64,000 nucleotides of DNA from a virus, in IMG/VR virus record IMGVR_UViG_3300035661_000011, positions 32,001 through 96,000 of that record; one strand, 5' to 3'. Of this stretch, positions 28,000 through 39,424 are shown piece by piece (within the stretch, counting starts at the first letter, position 1; each line of letters opens with the position of its first letter). The position numbers were made by a program, and so were the translations under genes. Below the pieces are notes generated by a model. It was given only the letters and a program-made list of their open reading frames with translations, made no database searches and was not told the DNA's origin.

Positions 28000-30903
28000 T
28001 TATTCTTCAGAATCGTAAAGTATTGAAACTGAATCAACTACATCTAACGAATTATCACTTTGCACAAGTATTTTACTACCTATCGAAAAGGTTTGTGTTT
28101 TGTCAAGTAGAGTTACCATAGTCGCCCCATTGGGTAGATATTTATCAACCGAAAACGATATAGCTTGTTTTGGTAAAATCTTTTTAATTAACTCCATTAA
28201 CTGAGAAACACTTAGGGTTGTTTTTTGTAACTCAGCACTTATTACTTGACGACATAAATTTGTTGTCTGTGATTGTAAAGATGTGTTTTCGAGACCATCT
28301 TGGTTCATATATACAGTTATCTGTACATCAAGTAAACCTATGACATTTGTTACAATCCCATTACCTAGGTTAACATTTACACTAAATGATTCTCCAGATG
28401 GTTTATACCATAGTTTAGTTTGTTCATTTAGCAATTTTGTTAGTGGTTGAATATCGTTGTCTAAATACGATAGTAGAGTGTCGGGTATGGTATCTGCATA
28501 AGATTTTGTAACGATGCTAGTCGCGTATTTGTATTTAGCATCTACCATAGTCACACCAATGCTGTATGCCACACCGTTAGTAAAGTTTGGTGTCGGTATA
28601 GTTAAACCATTTGAGAGTATGTATTCGCCAGCTTTATGGAGCAGCTTGGGATTACCTAAGTCGTCTAACACTGCGTCCCCAGATTTATGTAATATCTGTA
28701 AATTCACATTGCCACTGCTATCTATCGTAAAACTAGGGCCGTCTGGACCATTTACATACACAATTTCATCGTATACAGCGGGTACGTCTTCGATATAAGT
28801 TAAGTATTCTCCTGTGGTGAGACTTTCATACACTGGACAATATAGGTTAGGTAGATGTTTACCAAAGTAAATGTTTATAGTCTCATAGGTAGCACCAATT
28901 ACACCGGTAGATTTATTCAGTCTAGGTGTACTAAATAGATTATCAAAAGTGGTGTGTAAACTACTATTGTCACCTGGCACTAAATAAAAAACATTAAATA
29001 CAGTTGACATATCAAAGAATAATGGTTCATTCGAACCAGATGCGTTTTTAAAGTTTAAAAACTCCAATTGGTTTATTGTGTTAATATCAAAGTTTGTAAC
29101 TAGGTCAAATTCAAAAATAGCTTGACTAGAGCGCACAGTCGATGTGGAATCTAAATACACAGTGGTTCCGCTACCGACATCAAAGTATGATAACTGACAT
29201 AAGACAGACTGTAAATTAGATGGTATCGCTGCCGTCAGGGTTAGTCGATATTTGTTCCCAGATAAAGATATTACACTTTCCATTGTAGCAATGTTGTAAA
29301 CACGTTGTGTGTTTTGCAACAGTAGGTTTCTACCAATCACCTTAGGGCTATCTAAGTAATATGCTCTTCCTACAAACACGTGTTCACTATAATCTAAAAC
29401 GTATGTGAATGGGCTGTACATGTACATACCACTATTAAGTTTATCACATAATGCCGCTCCAGTTAAAGCGTTTATTTCACTAATTTCAATGGGAGTAAGT
29501 AAACTAGCGTCCCCATTGGAAATTGAAAATAATGCACCAGGTAGAATGCTAGTTCTTCCAGACGAATGTACGATAACTTCACCACTGGTGTCGTTAAGTG
29601 TGTAATCTTTAATAAAAACTTTAATCACGTTATTAGTAGCTAATGGAGATGCCGCAAACCCAGACATTGTGTTTGTAGGTAAATTCTTACTAGCTAAGTA
29701 CATCCTACTAGACACATTGTTAAGTAAAACTTCAGTTGAGTAACCTCTACTTGATAATTCTGCGGTTATATCAGTTGGTCGTATAGGTGCTTTCGTAGAG
29801 TTTATTCTGTATATAACCCTTTGATAAACTTCATCAAAGGACAGTGGGTTAACACCGCCTGTAACTGAACCAGTGCCGTTTATAACTATATCATTAATTT
29901 TGTTAAGTGCAGATACAGCACTACTACCTTGGGTGTTTAACGTATCATAGTTATCAAATGTGGCACTAAAGTTGTTATATGTGACTTGGGTTAAGTCTGT
30001 TGAAATATCACCTAGTGTAGTGTAAATATCGACACGTAGTGCTGTATCAACGGTGTTTAATGTTTGATATATATCTGGCAATGTAACTGTAAGAATACCA
30101 TCTGTGAGTGAAAGTAACATAGTGGGTTTTTCTATATCGTATACTTTATCAGAGAATGTAGTGAGTAACTCAACCCATGAACTAGTTCCGTTACTCATAA
30201 ACACTCTAGCATAACAGAAGTAGTTAACAAAACTAATGTCTTGATAAAACGATGCAGTTTGTCCTAGTGTAAATTTTTTACTAAAACTAGACACCTGTAT
30301 AGCTGGCGTTTCAAACTGTAAATACTTAGTATTACCATGATTTATAAAGTTGTAGGCTACCACATTCGCTATATATGGCACTAGTGGGTTAGCAACACTG
30401 GTGTCATAGTACACTTGAATTAACTCACCAGGTAATATATTAATTATTACAGAGTATCCAATTTGCAAAGTTATGTCATTTACATAAATCTTAGTATCTC
30501 TTGGGATAATAACGGTTTTAACTGCTGACCCCGGTACAAGCGGTATAGCGTTATTTAATAACTGATAAAACGGAATCATCCAATTTAATGTAGATTTCCC
30601 ACCAGTGCCAAAAATACCAACGTAGTCGGTATCCGACATATGGTGATATAAATCATCCATAACCTGTGCTAAGTAAGGGTATTGTTTTCTTGAAAGTGCT
30701 TCGCTTTTAGCTATAGATACCGCTGAGGCACACATAGCTGTTTCTAATAGATAAACAAATGGGTTACTTGGGTCAACGATATCGACACCCTTTAACGCTA
30801 ATGCTAACCCATTGGTAGCCACTTGCATCATACTACTAGGGTTCATATAAAACTTGTCTAAATTGGCTACCAGATATTTTGTCAGTGTGGTTTCTGTTAT
30901 CAT
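28000..30903 (-). CDS. Virion structural (baseplate wedge-like) protein, phiKZ gp87-like
   Basis: IVDPSNPFVYLLE, DLYHHMSD.DY, RVDIYTTLG, GGVNPLSFDE. Synteny. Confidence 0.78.
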   Translation of the reverse strand: MITETTLTKYLVANLDKFYMNPSSMMQVATNGLALALKGVDIVDPSNPFVYLLETAMCASAVSIAKSEALSRKQYPYLAQVMDDLYHHMSDTDYVGIFGTGGKSTLNWMIPFYQLLNNAIPLVPGSAVKTVIIPRDTKIYVNDITLQIGYSVIINILPGELIQVYYDTSVANPLVPYIANVVAYNFINHGNTKYLQFETPAIQVSSFSKKFTLGQTASFYQDISFVNYFCYARVFMSNGTSSWVELLTTFSDKVYDIEKPTMLLSLTDGILTVTLPDIYQTLNTVDTALRVDIYTTLGDISTDLTQVTYNNFSATFDNYDTLNTQGSSAVSALNKINDIVINGTGSVTGGVNPLSFDEVYQRVIYRINSTKAPIRPTDITAELSSRGYSTEVLLNNVSSRMYLASKNLPTNTMSGFAASPLATNNVIKVFIKDYTLNDTSGEVIVHSSGRTSILPGALFSISNGDASLLTPIEISEINALTGAALCDKLNSGMYMYSPFTYVLDYSEHVFVGRAYYLDSPKVIGRNLLLQNTQRVYNIATMESVISLSGNKYRLTLTAAIPSNLQSVLCQLSYFDVGSGTTVYLDSTSTVRSSQAIFEFDLVTNFDINTINQLEFLNFKNASGSNEPLFFDMSTVFNVFYLVPGDNSSLHTTFDNLFSTPRLNKSTGVIGATYETINIYFGKHLPNLYCPVYESLTTGEYLTYIEDVPAVYDEIVYVNGPDGPSFTIDSSGNVNLQILHKSGDAVLDDLGNPKLLHKAGEYILSNGLTIPTPNFTNGVAYSIGVTMVDAKYKYATSIVTKSYADTIPDTLLSYLDNDIQPLTKLLNEQTKLWYKPSGESFSVNVNLGNGIVTNVIGLLDVQITVYMNQDGLENTSLQSQTTNLCRQVISAELQKTTLSVSQLMELIKKILPKQAISFSVDKYLPNGATMVTLLDKTQTFSIGSKILVQSDNSLDVVDSVSILYDSEE

Positions 30904-30925
30904 TTTACTTACCTATAGTAGTTGG

Positions 30926-32191
30926 TTATTTTCCAGTTTTATCTGGTGGTGGCATTATATTCGGTGTTAGTATAGATGAGCCTACAGTTGACGATTGTAC
31001 CATACTGGTTAGTGCAGGTACACCTACTTTGTTTCCAGATGGTTGTGTCTTAGGTTGTGTACCGCCTGTATCCTGAGGGGATTTCTTTTTAAGTAATTCA
31101 TCAACACCAGTTAATATACGTTTAATTTCTTTTATTTTAGTATCATAAACTTGTTTTTCAACATACCACTCTAACTCATATGTTTCGATGTTAATATAAG
31201 GGTATGCTTCGTAATCAAATATCAGTTTAAGGTCATACGGTATTTCAGATTTACTTTGGTTTAGCTTAACCATATTGGATTTACTGTCTTTCATGTCAAC
31301 ATTAAATGCTTCCACAGTCTCGTTGAATTCATACAACAGAATGTTCCTGTTTTTTTCTGCACCAACACAATGTAGATTTATCTGCACTTTATTGTTTTCA
31401 CTAGTGTATACATCTGACCGGTTATATCCAAACTTAGCACCGTCTGGATTAGTAGTTGGTATAAAGTATCCTGGTGCAGCAATGTTTTGCACAAATGTCC
31501 TTGTCTTATCCATAATTAGTCTGTAGTAACGTGAAGTATAATCCATTTCATTACACATTAGAAATATAGGGAACGGACACACTGTGCCTTCAACCACTCT
31601 ATTGCCCCATTCTATCCATGCACCAAACATAGCACATATAAAATCTCCATCCATGTTATCAAACGTGGCAGTTATATCAAATACACCATTAAACTCTGAG
31701 TACCCATCGTAAAACGTAACTTGTTCACCACGTTTACCCTCAGGGCTATTATAAGTGTCCATCTGTGTATCTGGCATAGCACTTAACGATTCTAAAAAGT
31801 TACTAATCGGTAAGAATGCTTGTTTATCGTTTATAAGGTTTGACCTCTGAAGAATCTTTGAGTCTTTTAAAGAAGAAGCTTTTAATGCATTAATGTCCGG
31901 CTCACCAAATAAATTAGGTGACAACATACAACGTATAGCGTTTGACATAGAGTTCTCTTTATCGTCCGCTAAGAAGTTTAATTCGCTTATAGCCTTAACA
32001 TTATTGTATGTTAGGTTACACGCGGGTTTTGTAAAGAATACATATCCTTGGTGGTCAGTGTTATGTGGAATTGGAAGTAGACCTTTGTTAATGCTCAAAC
32101 CATATAACATGGTCATTGCAGAACTCCCTGTTGGACCGAGTCCGTGTTCTAAATTACTTAGATTTAAAAAATCATCAATACTTAACGTCAT
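30926..32191 (-). CDS. Virion structural (tube-like/baseplate) protein, phiKZ gp88-like
   Basis: GYVFFTKP.CNL, DYTSRYYRLIMD, LYEFNETV. Synteny. Confidence 0.75.
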   Translation of the reverse strand: MTLSIDDFLNLSNLEHGLGPTGSSAMTMLYGLSINKGLLPIPHNTDHQGYVFFTKPACNLTYNNVKAISELNFLADDKENSMSNAIRCMLSPNLFGEPDINALKASSLKDSKILQRSNLINDKQAFLPISNFLESLSAMPDTQMDTYNSPEGKRGEQVTFYDGYSEFNGVFDITATFDNMDGDFICAMFGAWIEWGNRVVEGTVCPFPIFLMCNEMDYTSRYYRLIMDKTRTFVQNIAAPGYFIPTTNPDGAKFGYNRSDVYTSENNKVQINLHCVGAEKNRNILLYEFNETVEAFNVDMKDSKSNMVKLNQSKSEIPYDLKLIFDYEAYPYINIETYELEWYVEKQVYDTKIKEIKRILTGVDELLKKKSPQDTGGTQPKTQPSGNKVGVPALTSMVQSSTVGSSILTPNIMPPPDKTGK

Positions 32192-32222
32192 AGTTTACAC
32201 CATTATCTGATAGGACACTTAT

Positions 32223-33425
32223 ATGAGTACGAGAAATGATTTGACCCATACGCCACTAGAAATAGCAGCGTCGGTAGCCCACGCTGCTCACAGTATCACG
32301 AGTAATACACTTGCTGAGTATACACGACCAGCAAGATTAGAACCAATTGCATTAATTGACAAAAGCCTAATGAACAGTTTGAGTGTGGAGCAAATTGTAG
32401 CTTTAGAACAGACTATGGTGTCTGTGTTTAGCGGTATGTATTTAATGGCAATTGGCATGACAATGAAAGTCGGGGATATTGTCCCTATGACTATATTAAG
32501 TCAGTTTTCAACAAACCGAAGTTTAACATTAGCAGCAGGTAACTCAGTTTACTGGGCTTTTGAAGGACTGTTGGATAAAGCAGTTAGTGACTTTACACAT
32601 ATGCCAACAACAGAAGAACTTAGTCTAGCGTTGGATGCTAATATGAATAGCGCGTCCTATGGATTAGAAGCTTGGGGAGATGTCTCAAACGCATACGGGG
32701 TCGCTGAAGATACAGACCCTAAGGCCACAAACGTTAAGGAGAGTGTTGACATTGACAAAACTATCCACAACATCATGGACGAATCAAACTTAGTTGTAGG
32801 TAAAATATTAAACGTACCAATTAGTTACGGTGACCACACTACAACCATTCAAACAACCGTTACTCTACGTCCCAAATCTATCGCTAGTAGCGATTTAGTT
32901 ACAATCTGTAGACATAACTCCAGAGACTTATCTTGGGCTGCTAGATGGCACGCTATGCGTTCTGGTGAAATTGAGTTTGTTAAAGATTGGTTACTGAACC
33001 AAGATGTAATTGAAGAATATCGTAAAGGTCTTCATGCAGATAAAACTGGTTTATTAATGAACCTTAAGTCTAGCCGTACTAAAAATATCTGGGCTGCAAT
33101 CATCAGTGGTAGAGCCTCACCAAATGCAATCTCAGCAATGATGTTTATGTCTAAAGAAACAGCTATGGATATACAACACGCGACTGGTCATAAGTTACAG
33201 AACTTCCACGATAGAGAAAAAATCTTTGAAGGAACTTCTTCCGCTTGGATGATAGTGGTTGATTCTATTCGTGAAACATTTACTATTTATACACGTGGGA
33301 TTGAAGATACGGTTGACAGTAGTTTTGTGCACATTAAGGGTAATGCAAAGAACCCTAAAGGCGTTGACATTAATCAAGTTATGGAAATGTTCAAACTTGG
33401 TAAAGTCAGCAATATGTTAAACTAA
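32223..33425 (+). CDS. Head/inner-body protein, phiKZ gp89-like
   Basis: LAEYTRPARLEPIALID, NLVVGKILNV, SGEIEFVKDW, YTRGI. WAFE/YGLE sites. Confidence 0.78.
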   Translation: MSTRNDLTHTPLEIAASVAHAAHSITSNTLAEYTRPARLEPIALIDKSLMNSLSVEQIVALEQTMVSVFSGMYLMAIGMTMKVGDIVPMTILSQFSTNRSLTLAAGNSVYWAFEGLLDKAVSDFTHMPTTEELSLALDANMNSASYGLEAWGDVSNAYGVAEDTDPKATNVKESVDIDKTIHNIMDESNLVVGKILNVPISYGDHTTTIQTTVTLRPKSIASSDLVTICRHNSRDLSWAARWHAMRSGEIEFVKDWLLNQDVIEEYRKGLHADKTGLLMNLKSSRTKNIWAAIISGRASPNAISAMMFMSKETAMDIQHATGHKLQNFHDREKIFEGTSSAWMIVVDSIRETFTIYTRGIEDTVDSSFVHIKGNAKNPKGVDINQVMEMFKLGKVSNMLN

Positions 33426-33443
33426 CTTAATGTTGAGACGATT

Positions 33444-34334
33444 ATGAATTATAGTTTCGAAGCGTTCTTCCACTCTTTAACTCCAAATATTTTACGTAGT
33501 GAGTTAGAGCGTAATGTAGATATGGATATAGGGGAGTTAGAAAACAGAACACTACCTATGTTTGAGCGTGCCCAGGGTGTTAATTTAACGAGTGTCGTTG
33601 AACAACGCATCCACAGTGCAATAATGGGTAGATCCAGTAAAAAAACAGTTTACGATTTGTTATTTGACACTATTCAAAACGTGGTTGATAACAGAGCATT
33701 AATCTTAAAGATGGTATCCACTGAATTTAATAAAGAAAATCCAAAAGAAGTCAGTGACTATTACAAGTTAAACATACTCAAGTATTTAGAGGCGTTTCGC
33801 TTCTTATCTAAATACGCAATTGAATACATCGGTGTGATTGTAATTGAAGCTATGTCTGACAAAGAGTATTTAAGTTTACCAGATATTAAAATGTCAGCTA
33901 AATTTATTACCGATAATGACAACATGGCTCAAATTGCACAGGTGTGTAATCAGTTAAATCGTCCGTTACACGAGTTTCTTAATGAAATAAAATCGTTAAA
34001 GGGACATCAGTTCGTTGAGTACGATTGGAAAGCTAACGCTGAGGCAACAGCAAAGCGTGTAGACGCATTTAAGTCTGGGTTAATACCAGTTAGATGGAAT
34101 CCGTTATATCACGCTCAGTTAATGTTCTCCACTTGGGCTTCAGAGAATGATACAAAAACACAACACGAGTATGAACGTTTACAGTATCTTTTGTTACAAC
34201 TGAAAGACCAACAAGAAAACACCACTGATAAAGTTGTAGCAGAACGACTAAAAAAACAAATCTTATATCGAAGCGATCAAATTAATAAGTTGCAAGTTTC
34301 GATGGAAAAGATTGAGGAACGGTATGCGGTATGA
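33444..34334 (+). CDS. Head/inner-body protein, phiKZ gp90-like
   Basis: GLIPVRWNPLYH followed by a coiled-coil C-terminus. Synteny. Confidence 0.75.
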   Translation: MNYSFEAFFHSLTPNILRSELERNVDMDIGELENRTLPMFERAQGVNLTSVVEQRIHSAIMGRSSKKTVYDLLFDTIQNVVDNRALILKMVSTEFNKENPKEVSDYYKLNILKYLEAFRFLSKYAIEYIGVIVIEAMSDKEYLSLPDIKMSAKFITDNDNMAQIAQVCNQLNRPLHEFLNEIKSLKGHQFVEYDWKANAEATAKRVDAFKSGLIPVRWNPLYHAQLMFSTWASENDTKTQHEYERLQYLLLQLKDQQENTTDKVVAERLKKQILYRSDQINKLQVSMEKIEERYAV

Positions 34335-35026
34335 TAACTGTAACTGAACCCTCATGTAAGCGTATCCACGATATATACACCGCATCATTAAAAATGCGGA
34401 ATAGTGATGGTAATACTTCAAATCCAGATTTTATTGACATATTGGATTTAAACAAAATGGTCTCTACCTATAACGTACTGATTCCTACGTTAGAGGATAA
34501 TGTTTTTTACTGGAAGTTTTTAAACAACTGGTTAGATTACATGGAAACCGGATTTTGGACTATGTTACCGCGTATGTGGTATGAAACATTATGTGATTCA
34601 AAGAACACTCCTCGTTTAGAAAAACATAGGGTGAATGAAGAATATGGATCATACCTCCTTAAACGTAAACGTATATGTGAGCGTTTAAAGCTAGACCCAT
34701 CACCAGGTAACGATAACTTAGTTAAACTACACTGGGTGATGCGTAAAGATGGCGAGGATAGCTTTATATCAATGGCTCACACGTTAATGCGTGTGTTTTT
34801 ATATGTAAACTGTTTAACCCTAAATGGGTTACGCACTAATGCTAGTACACCAACCGATGATGTTGTGAAAAACCTAGATCGTAGTTTTAACTCAGCTGAC
34901 CAAAACGCTTGGCCGGTTGGAGGAAATAACAGTTTGGAACGTATGAAAGGTTTAGATCAAAGAGCGAATGATACCAACGAAAACATTGGTACTATACGTA
35001 CGGTTGGTGAATGGATGGAATCGTAG
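34331..35026 (+). CDS. Hypothetical virion-associated protein
   Basis: ATGA overlap, 231 aa within the head gene block. Confidence 0.7.
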   Translation: MITVTEPSCKRIHDIYTASLKMRNSDGNTSNPDFIDILDLNKMVSTYNVLIPTLEDNVFYWKFLNNWLDYMETGFWTMLPRMWYETLCDSKNTPRLEKHRVNEEYGSYLLKRKRICERLKLDPSPGNDNLVKLHWVMRKDGEDSFISMAHTLMRVFLYVNCLTLNGLRTNASTPTDDVVKNLDRSFNSADQNAWPVGGNNSLERMKGLDQRANDTNENIGTIRTVGEWMES

Positions 35027-35129
35027 TCAATAAACTAATAAAGTGGTTTACTGATTTTGTAATTATATGTACTTAAAGTGCAAATTAATATTAATTTTTA
35101 TTTAAACAATTGTTAAAAGGTAAAATATC

Positions 35130-36479
35130 ATGGCCGGATTTAGTTTGTTAGATGATGAAGAATTGAACGTAGATATTTCTAATGGCGATATTCTGGAAAT
35201 TATTCCAGAAGAAGAACTGGATGCACATGCTCCAGATGAAGCGTTAGAAACTGATGTTGAAGACATTGGTGAAATTGCTGAAGGTCTTGAAGCGTGTCAC
35301 GATATGTTGGCAATGGCTGCGGCTGCAAATGCGATGAATCCACAAGCTGCACAGTTTGCAGGCTTAGCTATTCAATTAGCTGAACGTAACATTCGCGGTA
35401 ACTTTAGCGAAGGTTTGGATAAAGCGTTAGACGGTAAGGGTAAATATGGACTAGAGGCATTTGAAGACAAAGCTTCTGGTACAGCGTATGCCTCATACGC
35501 TATGTTGGGCATTATGGATACCCTGGAACGTATCTGGACTCGCATCGTTGAATTCTTAACCAAATGGTTCGACAAAGTTGCCACTTGGTTTAATAAGTAT
35601 TTGTCTGGTGCAGCTTTTGCAAAACGTAAAGCTGATGCGATTAAGAAAAAAGCAGACAAAGAACTAGGTTCAGTAAAGAAAGAACAAATTGAAATGAACC
35701 AAACTGAATCGTTGAATTTATCACTCGATGGTAAATTTGAACCAGCCCCCGCTATTAAAGCAACTATGGATGCTTTAAAAGGCATTGATTGCGAAAAAAT
35801 CGTTGATGCCTCTAAGGACAATTTGATATTGCTAAGAACACATTTGGAAGCCGCAAAGAAAGGCACTCTGAAAGATGGCGTATCCGGTAAAAGTGTAATG
35901 TCAATGCATCAACAAGCTGCAAAAGTTGCTTCAAGTATGGGTCCCAACTTTGTGGTTTTCAACGATACGCGTTTTAAAGAATCTAGTACACAAATGCACG
36001 TACGTGGAAAAAATATTTCTGGCGGCCAAATGGTTGTCATTACTATTAACGGTAAAGAAGTTGATGGAGCCTCAATCTTCAAAAGTATGTCTACATCTGT
36101 CGTTAAGATTGACGTTAAAGCTAAAGGTGATAGGAAAGTGGATGCGTTATCAACCGGCGCCATTAGTAGCTTGGCTGATTTATGCTCAGAGTCGTGTTCC
36201 GAACTTATTAAGTTTAAAGACCAATATCGTGACGGTAAACGTGATTTAGCTTCATTTAAGAAACATGTCGATGAGATTATTAAAGACGTTAGTGATATCT
36301 CAACCGATAAAGCGACATCTGAAATCAAAAGCATTACCTCAGCTTACATTGGTGGTATGGCTAGCACTGTCTCTTCACCATACAGTGTAGCAAAAGCTTA
36401 CCAGTCTCAAGCATTAACATCTATTAATGCAGCGTTGAACTACTGTTTGAAATCGTTAAGTAACCACAAAAAAGACTAA
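35130..36479 (+). CDS. Internal head (inner-body/ejection) protein, phiKZ gp93/95/97 family-like
   Basis: Acidic propeptide with ALE/GLE sites, amphipathic LERIWTRIVEFLTKWFDKV helix, AAGG RBS. Confidence 0.78.
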   Translation: MAGFSLLDDEELNVDISNGDILEIIPEEELDAHAPDEALETDVEDIGEIAEGLEACHDMLAMAAAANAMNPQAAQFAGLAIQLAERNIRGNFSEGLDKALDGKGKYGLEAFEDKASGTAYASYAMLGIMDTLERIWTRIVEFLTKWFDKVATWFNKYLSGAAFAKRKADAIKKKADKELGSVKKEQIEMNQTESLNLSLDGKFEPAPAIKATMDALKGIDCEKIVDASKDNLILLRTHLEAAKKGTLKDGVSGKSVMSMHQQAAKVASSMGPNFVVFNDTRFKESSTQMHVRGKNISGGQMVVITINGKEVDGASIFKSMSTSVVKIDVKAKGDRKVDALSTGAISSLADLCSESCSELIKFKDQYRDGKRDLASFKKHVDEIIKDVSDISTDKATSEIKSITSAYIGGMASTVSSPYSVAKAYQSQALTSINAALNYCLKSLSNHKKD

Positions 36480-36496
36480 TACCGATTAGTGTAACT

Positions 36497-36532
36497 AGGT
36501 AGGACCTACGGGAATTCCCGTAGGTCCTACCT
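36497..36532 (+). terminator. 36-bp perfect palindrome
   Basis: AGGTAGGACCTACGGGAA|TTCCCGTAGGTCCTACCT. Confidence 0.78.
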
Positions 36533-36595
36533 TTATTACGTCATTTATTATTTTTATTAAAAATCATATAGACTCAAACCCAACAGGCGTATATA

Positions 36596-38113
36596 ATGAC
36601 AAATGTAACAATTCCATTACGAGAAAGTAGTAGTTCAATAACACTACCTATAGTTAAAGCTGTAGTAGAACAATTTCTGTTTCTTTCTGAAGCTGAACAT
36701 ATCAGAAATATCATTTACACACAGAGAACTAACAAAAATACACAGAAGCAAACCAATGAAATACAAGAACCTTTACGTTTAGAAACTAACGAATTAATAA
36801 AGGTCGAATATAGTGTAAAACCAGATACAACAATTGCAGATAACGATAAGTATCTACGAGACTACTTACCTATTTTTAATAACAAAAAACTAGGTGTAGT
36901 TTTAACACCTATGCATGCACATATGGTGTTAGAGATGAATGTTACATATAGGTCACAAAGCTATGACGATTTACTCATATGGCTGACTAACCATGTTAGA
37001 AACACAATGCGATTATCTGCTAGCTCACACCATAACATTTTGTATAACATAACCATACCAGATGAAGTCTACGATTACTTATATGATGTATGGGGTTTAA
37101 CTGAAACGGTTGCGCCGTATGGTAATACGTTTCGTGAGTTTTTAATCGATGGGTTTGTTACTGGTTTATCATTAAGAAAAAATAAAAGTGAAACTGCTGA
37201 AAAACTAATAGTGGCAATTAAAAACACAGCGTGTTTAGGGATGTATACTACATTACCACCCGAAGTGCCAACTACCCAAGGTGAACCACCATTCTCAGAG
37301 ATTACGTTTACATACACGCTTAATTTTGAACAACCTACTGCACTTATACTACGGTTCCAGAAAATCGTCCATAATCGACTTGTAGACATTCGGAGACTAT
37401 ATAAGTTTGCAGATAGAAACTTACACGATGACCCAATGCGAGGAACACACAGTTTAGCTGGAGTGGTGTATGACCAAACAAAAAATCAACAAAATGTAGT
37501 AACGTATCCAGCAAGGTATGTTAATGAATCCGATGGGTGGGTACCAGAGGTTGTACAACCAGGACACAAAATTTACACACTGACTCCTATTCGATTAGAC
37601 TTAGATGATTTACACAGCGTAATAACCTTTTCAGATTTAATTGAATTAGGGTTTCCTGACTGGATGTTAAATGTAGTTATGACGGATATAGTGGCTCCAG
37701 TAACTCCATCTAAGTGGTTTTATCTATTTGTTTTATATGAGGTTAATGAAACAGAAAACATAGTTCCAATTTACATTGATGTTGAATCTGGTGAAATTAA
37801 ATCTATGATTTCATTAGACCCCAGAAGTAGACATTACTTATGTGTTTATAAAAACTTTAAATTGGGTACTGTGGATTTATCAGTGTTACGCAAAGACCCT
37901 GTGTTACTCACTCAAATATTTAATAACTACATACCAAATACACAACTGATTACTATCGGAAATGGTAGTTATGTAGTTACAGATAGTTTACTTACACAAA
38001 TGAACAATGTGTTAGCATTACTGCAACAGCCGTGGGATAATCCAAACTATGTACCGTATAAAGTATTACGTGACGGTACATTCACTTCCACTGTTGTTAG
38101 AAACCAACATTAA
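36596..38113 (+). CDS. Virion structural protein (gp98-like position)
   Basis: PIFNNKKLGV.LTP, FEQP...IVHN. Synteny. Confidence 0.7.
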   Translation: MTNVTIPLRESSSSITLPIVKAVVEQFLFLSEAEHIRNIIYTQRTNKNTQKQTNEIQEPLRLETNELIKVEYSVKPDTTIADNDKYLRDYLPIFNNKKLGVVLTPMHAHMVLEMNVTYRSQSYDDLLIWLTNHVRNTMRLSASSHHNILYNITIPDEVYDYLYDVWGLTETVAPYGNTFREFLIDGFVTGLSLRKNKSETAEKLIVAIKNTACLGMYTTLPPEVPTTQGEPPFSEITFTYTLNFEQPTALILRFQKIVHNRLVDIRRLYKFADRNLHDDPMRGTHSLAGVVYDQTKNQQNVVTYPARYVNESDGWVPEVVQPGHKIYTLTPIRLDLDDLHSVITFSDLIELGFPDWMLNVVMTDIVAPVTPSKWFYLFVLYEVNETENIVPIYIDVESGEIKSMISLDPRSRHYLCVYKNFKLGTVDLSVLRKDPVLLTQIFNNYIPNTQLITIGNGSYVVTDSLLTQMNNVLALLQQPWDNPNYVPYKVLRDGTFTSTVVRNQH

Positions 38114-38125
38114 AGGAACCTGAGC

Positions 38126-39424
38126 ATGCCTACATTCAACGAAAACGATAACTACTATACGGAAGTACCACTAAAGGTAGAATCTATCCCACCGACTGAA
38201 TTTAATGAAATAATAGATTTGGATATTGATACCGCCAGCGTGTTTAGAGATATACAGTACGATGGTTCGGTACTACTGAGTTTAAATGGTAGCCCTAACA
38301 ACGTAACGTATTACTCAAAGCTACTCCAGTCAGATGACTTAGTGGTTAATGCAGATGATATTTCCGATAGGACAATAAAACAGTATAGAAGGATTAACCA
38401 TCTTGAAATAAGGGTCACACAAGCTGATAGCATGACACTTGATGATTCAAGTAATACATCTGCTGTAACTGGTACAGCAAACTTCTACCCTGTGCTCACT
38501 CCACACATAGGGGATGTATTTGTAAAAGACATAGATTCCACAGAAGGGACATATGGTGTTTTTCAAGTAACCAATGTAGAAAGAAAATCTCCATATCACA
38601 TGAGCTCTTGGGGGATATCATATTCTCAAATCAGATACTCTAAGTCATTTAAAGATGAAGAGTCTGAACCATTTGTATTTGATGAAATTGATTTTGAGAT
38701 TAGTAATTTGGAGTTAGGTAGAAACCCCTTAGTTCCAGTGGTCACTAACTTAAAGTTACAAACTAAACAACAGATACGAGCTGAGTTAATACCCCTATAT
38801 TACCGAACGTTTTATAACAAACCGATTGGTACATTCATAGTTCCAATTAGTGGTGGCGGAACTGTATACGACCCATATCTTGTAAACTTTTGGAATTCTA
38901 CTATAAGTGTAAATGAATACTCTCCTTATGCAGCACCAATTGAATACCAGACTAACAACGCGTTTCATGAAAAAGAATACTCCACTGTGTTTGATGTGTA
39001 CATGAAGCAACAAATCGGATTACTACAAAATGTAGTAAAATGTATGGATAAAATATCAACATTGTTTTTTTCTGCACAGTTATTAAAAATAACAGCTTTT
39101 GCAACTGGGTTAGATTATATACTACATCCGCCGATGAACATAGATTGGGACGACGCACCTATGTTTAAACCAGAGGTAATAGTTCCAGTTATACCACCAA
39201 CTGATCCAATCGTGTTACCGACACCATACATCTTTAGTAACAACTTTTATGATAGTGGAGTACCGGATACATTGTTGGAAAAGTTAATATTAAGCGTGAT
39301 TTCACGTAAGACTATATCTACAAAAGACGTTAACCAAGCTTTAGAAATTGTTAAAACTGGAACTAAACTAGAACAGTTCTATCACATACCTTTTATTTTA
39401 TCATTGTTACAGGTGTCGAGATGA
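38126..39424 (+). CDS. Virion structural (neck/head-completion-like) protein (gp99-like position)
   Basis: GSPNNVTYY, G.ANFYP.LTPHIGDVF, YDPYLVNF, EQFYHIP. Confidence 0.72.
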   Translation: MPTFNENDNYYTEVPLKVESIPPTEFNEIIDLDIDTASVFRDIQYDGSVLLSLNGSPNNVTYYSKLLQSDDLVVNADDISDRTIKQYRRINHLEIRVTQADSMTLDDSSNTSAVTGTANFYPVLTPHIGDVFVKDIDSTEGTYGVFQVTNVERKSPYHMSSWGISYSQIRYSKSFKDEESEPFVFDEIDFEISNLELGRNPLVPVVTNLKLQTKQQIRAELIPLYYRTFYNKPIGTFIVPISGGGTVYDPYLVNFWNSTISVNEYSPYAAPIEYQTNNAFHEKEYSTVFDVYMKQQIGLLQNVVKCMDKISTLFFSAQLLKITAFATGLDYILHPPMNIDWDDAPMFKPEVIVPVIPPTDPIVLPTPYIFSNNFYDSGVPDTLLEKLILSVISRKTISTKDVNQALEIVKTGTKLEQFYHIPFILSLLQVSR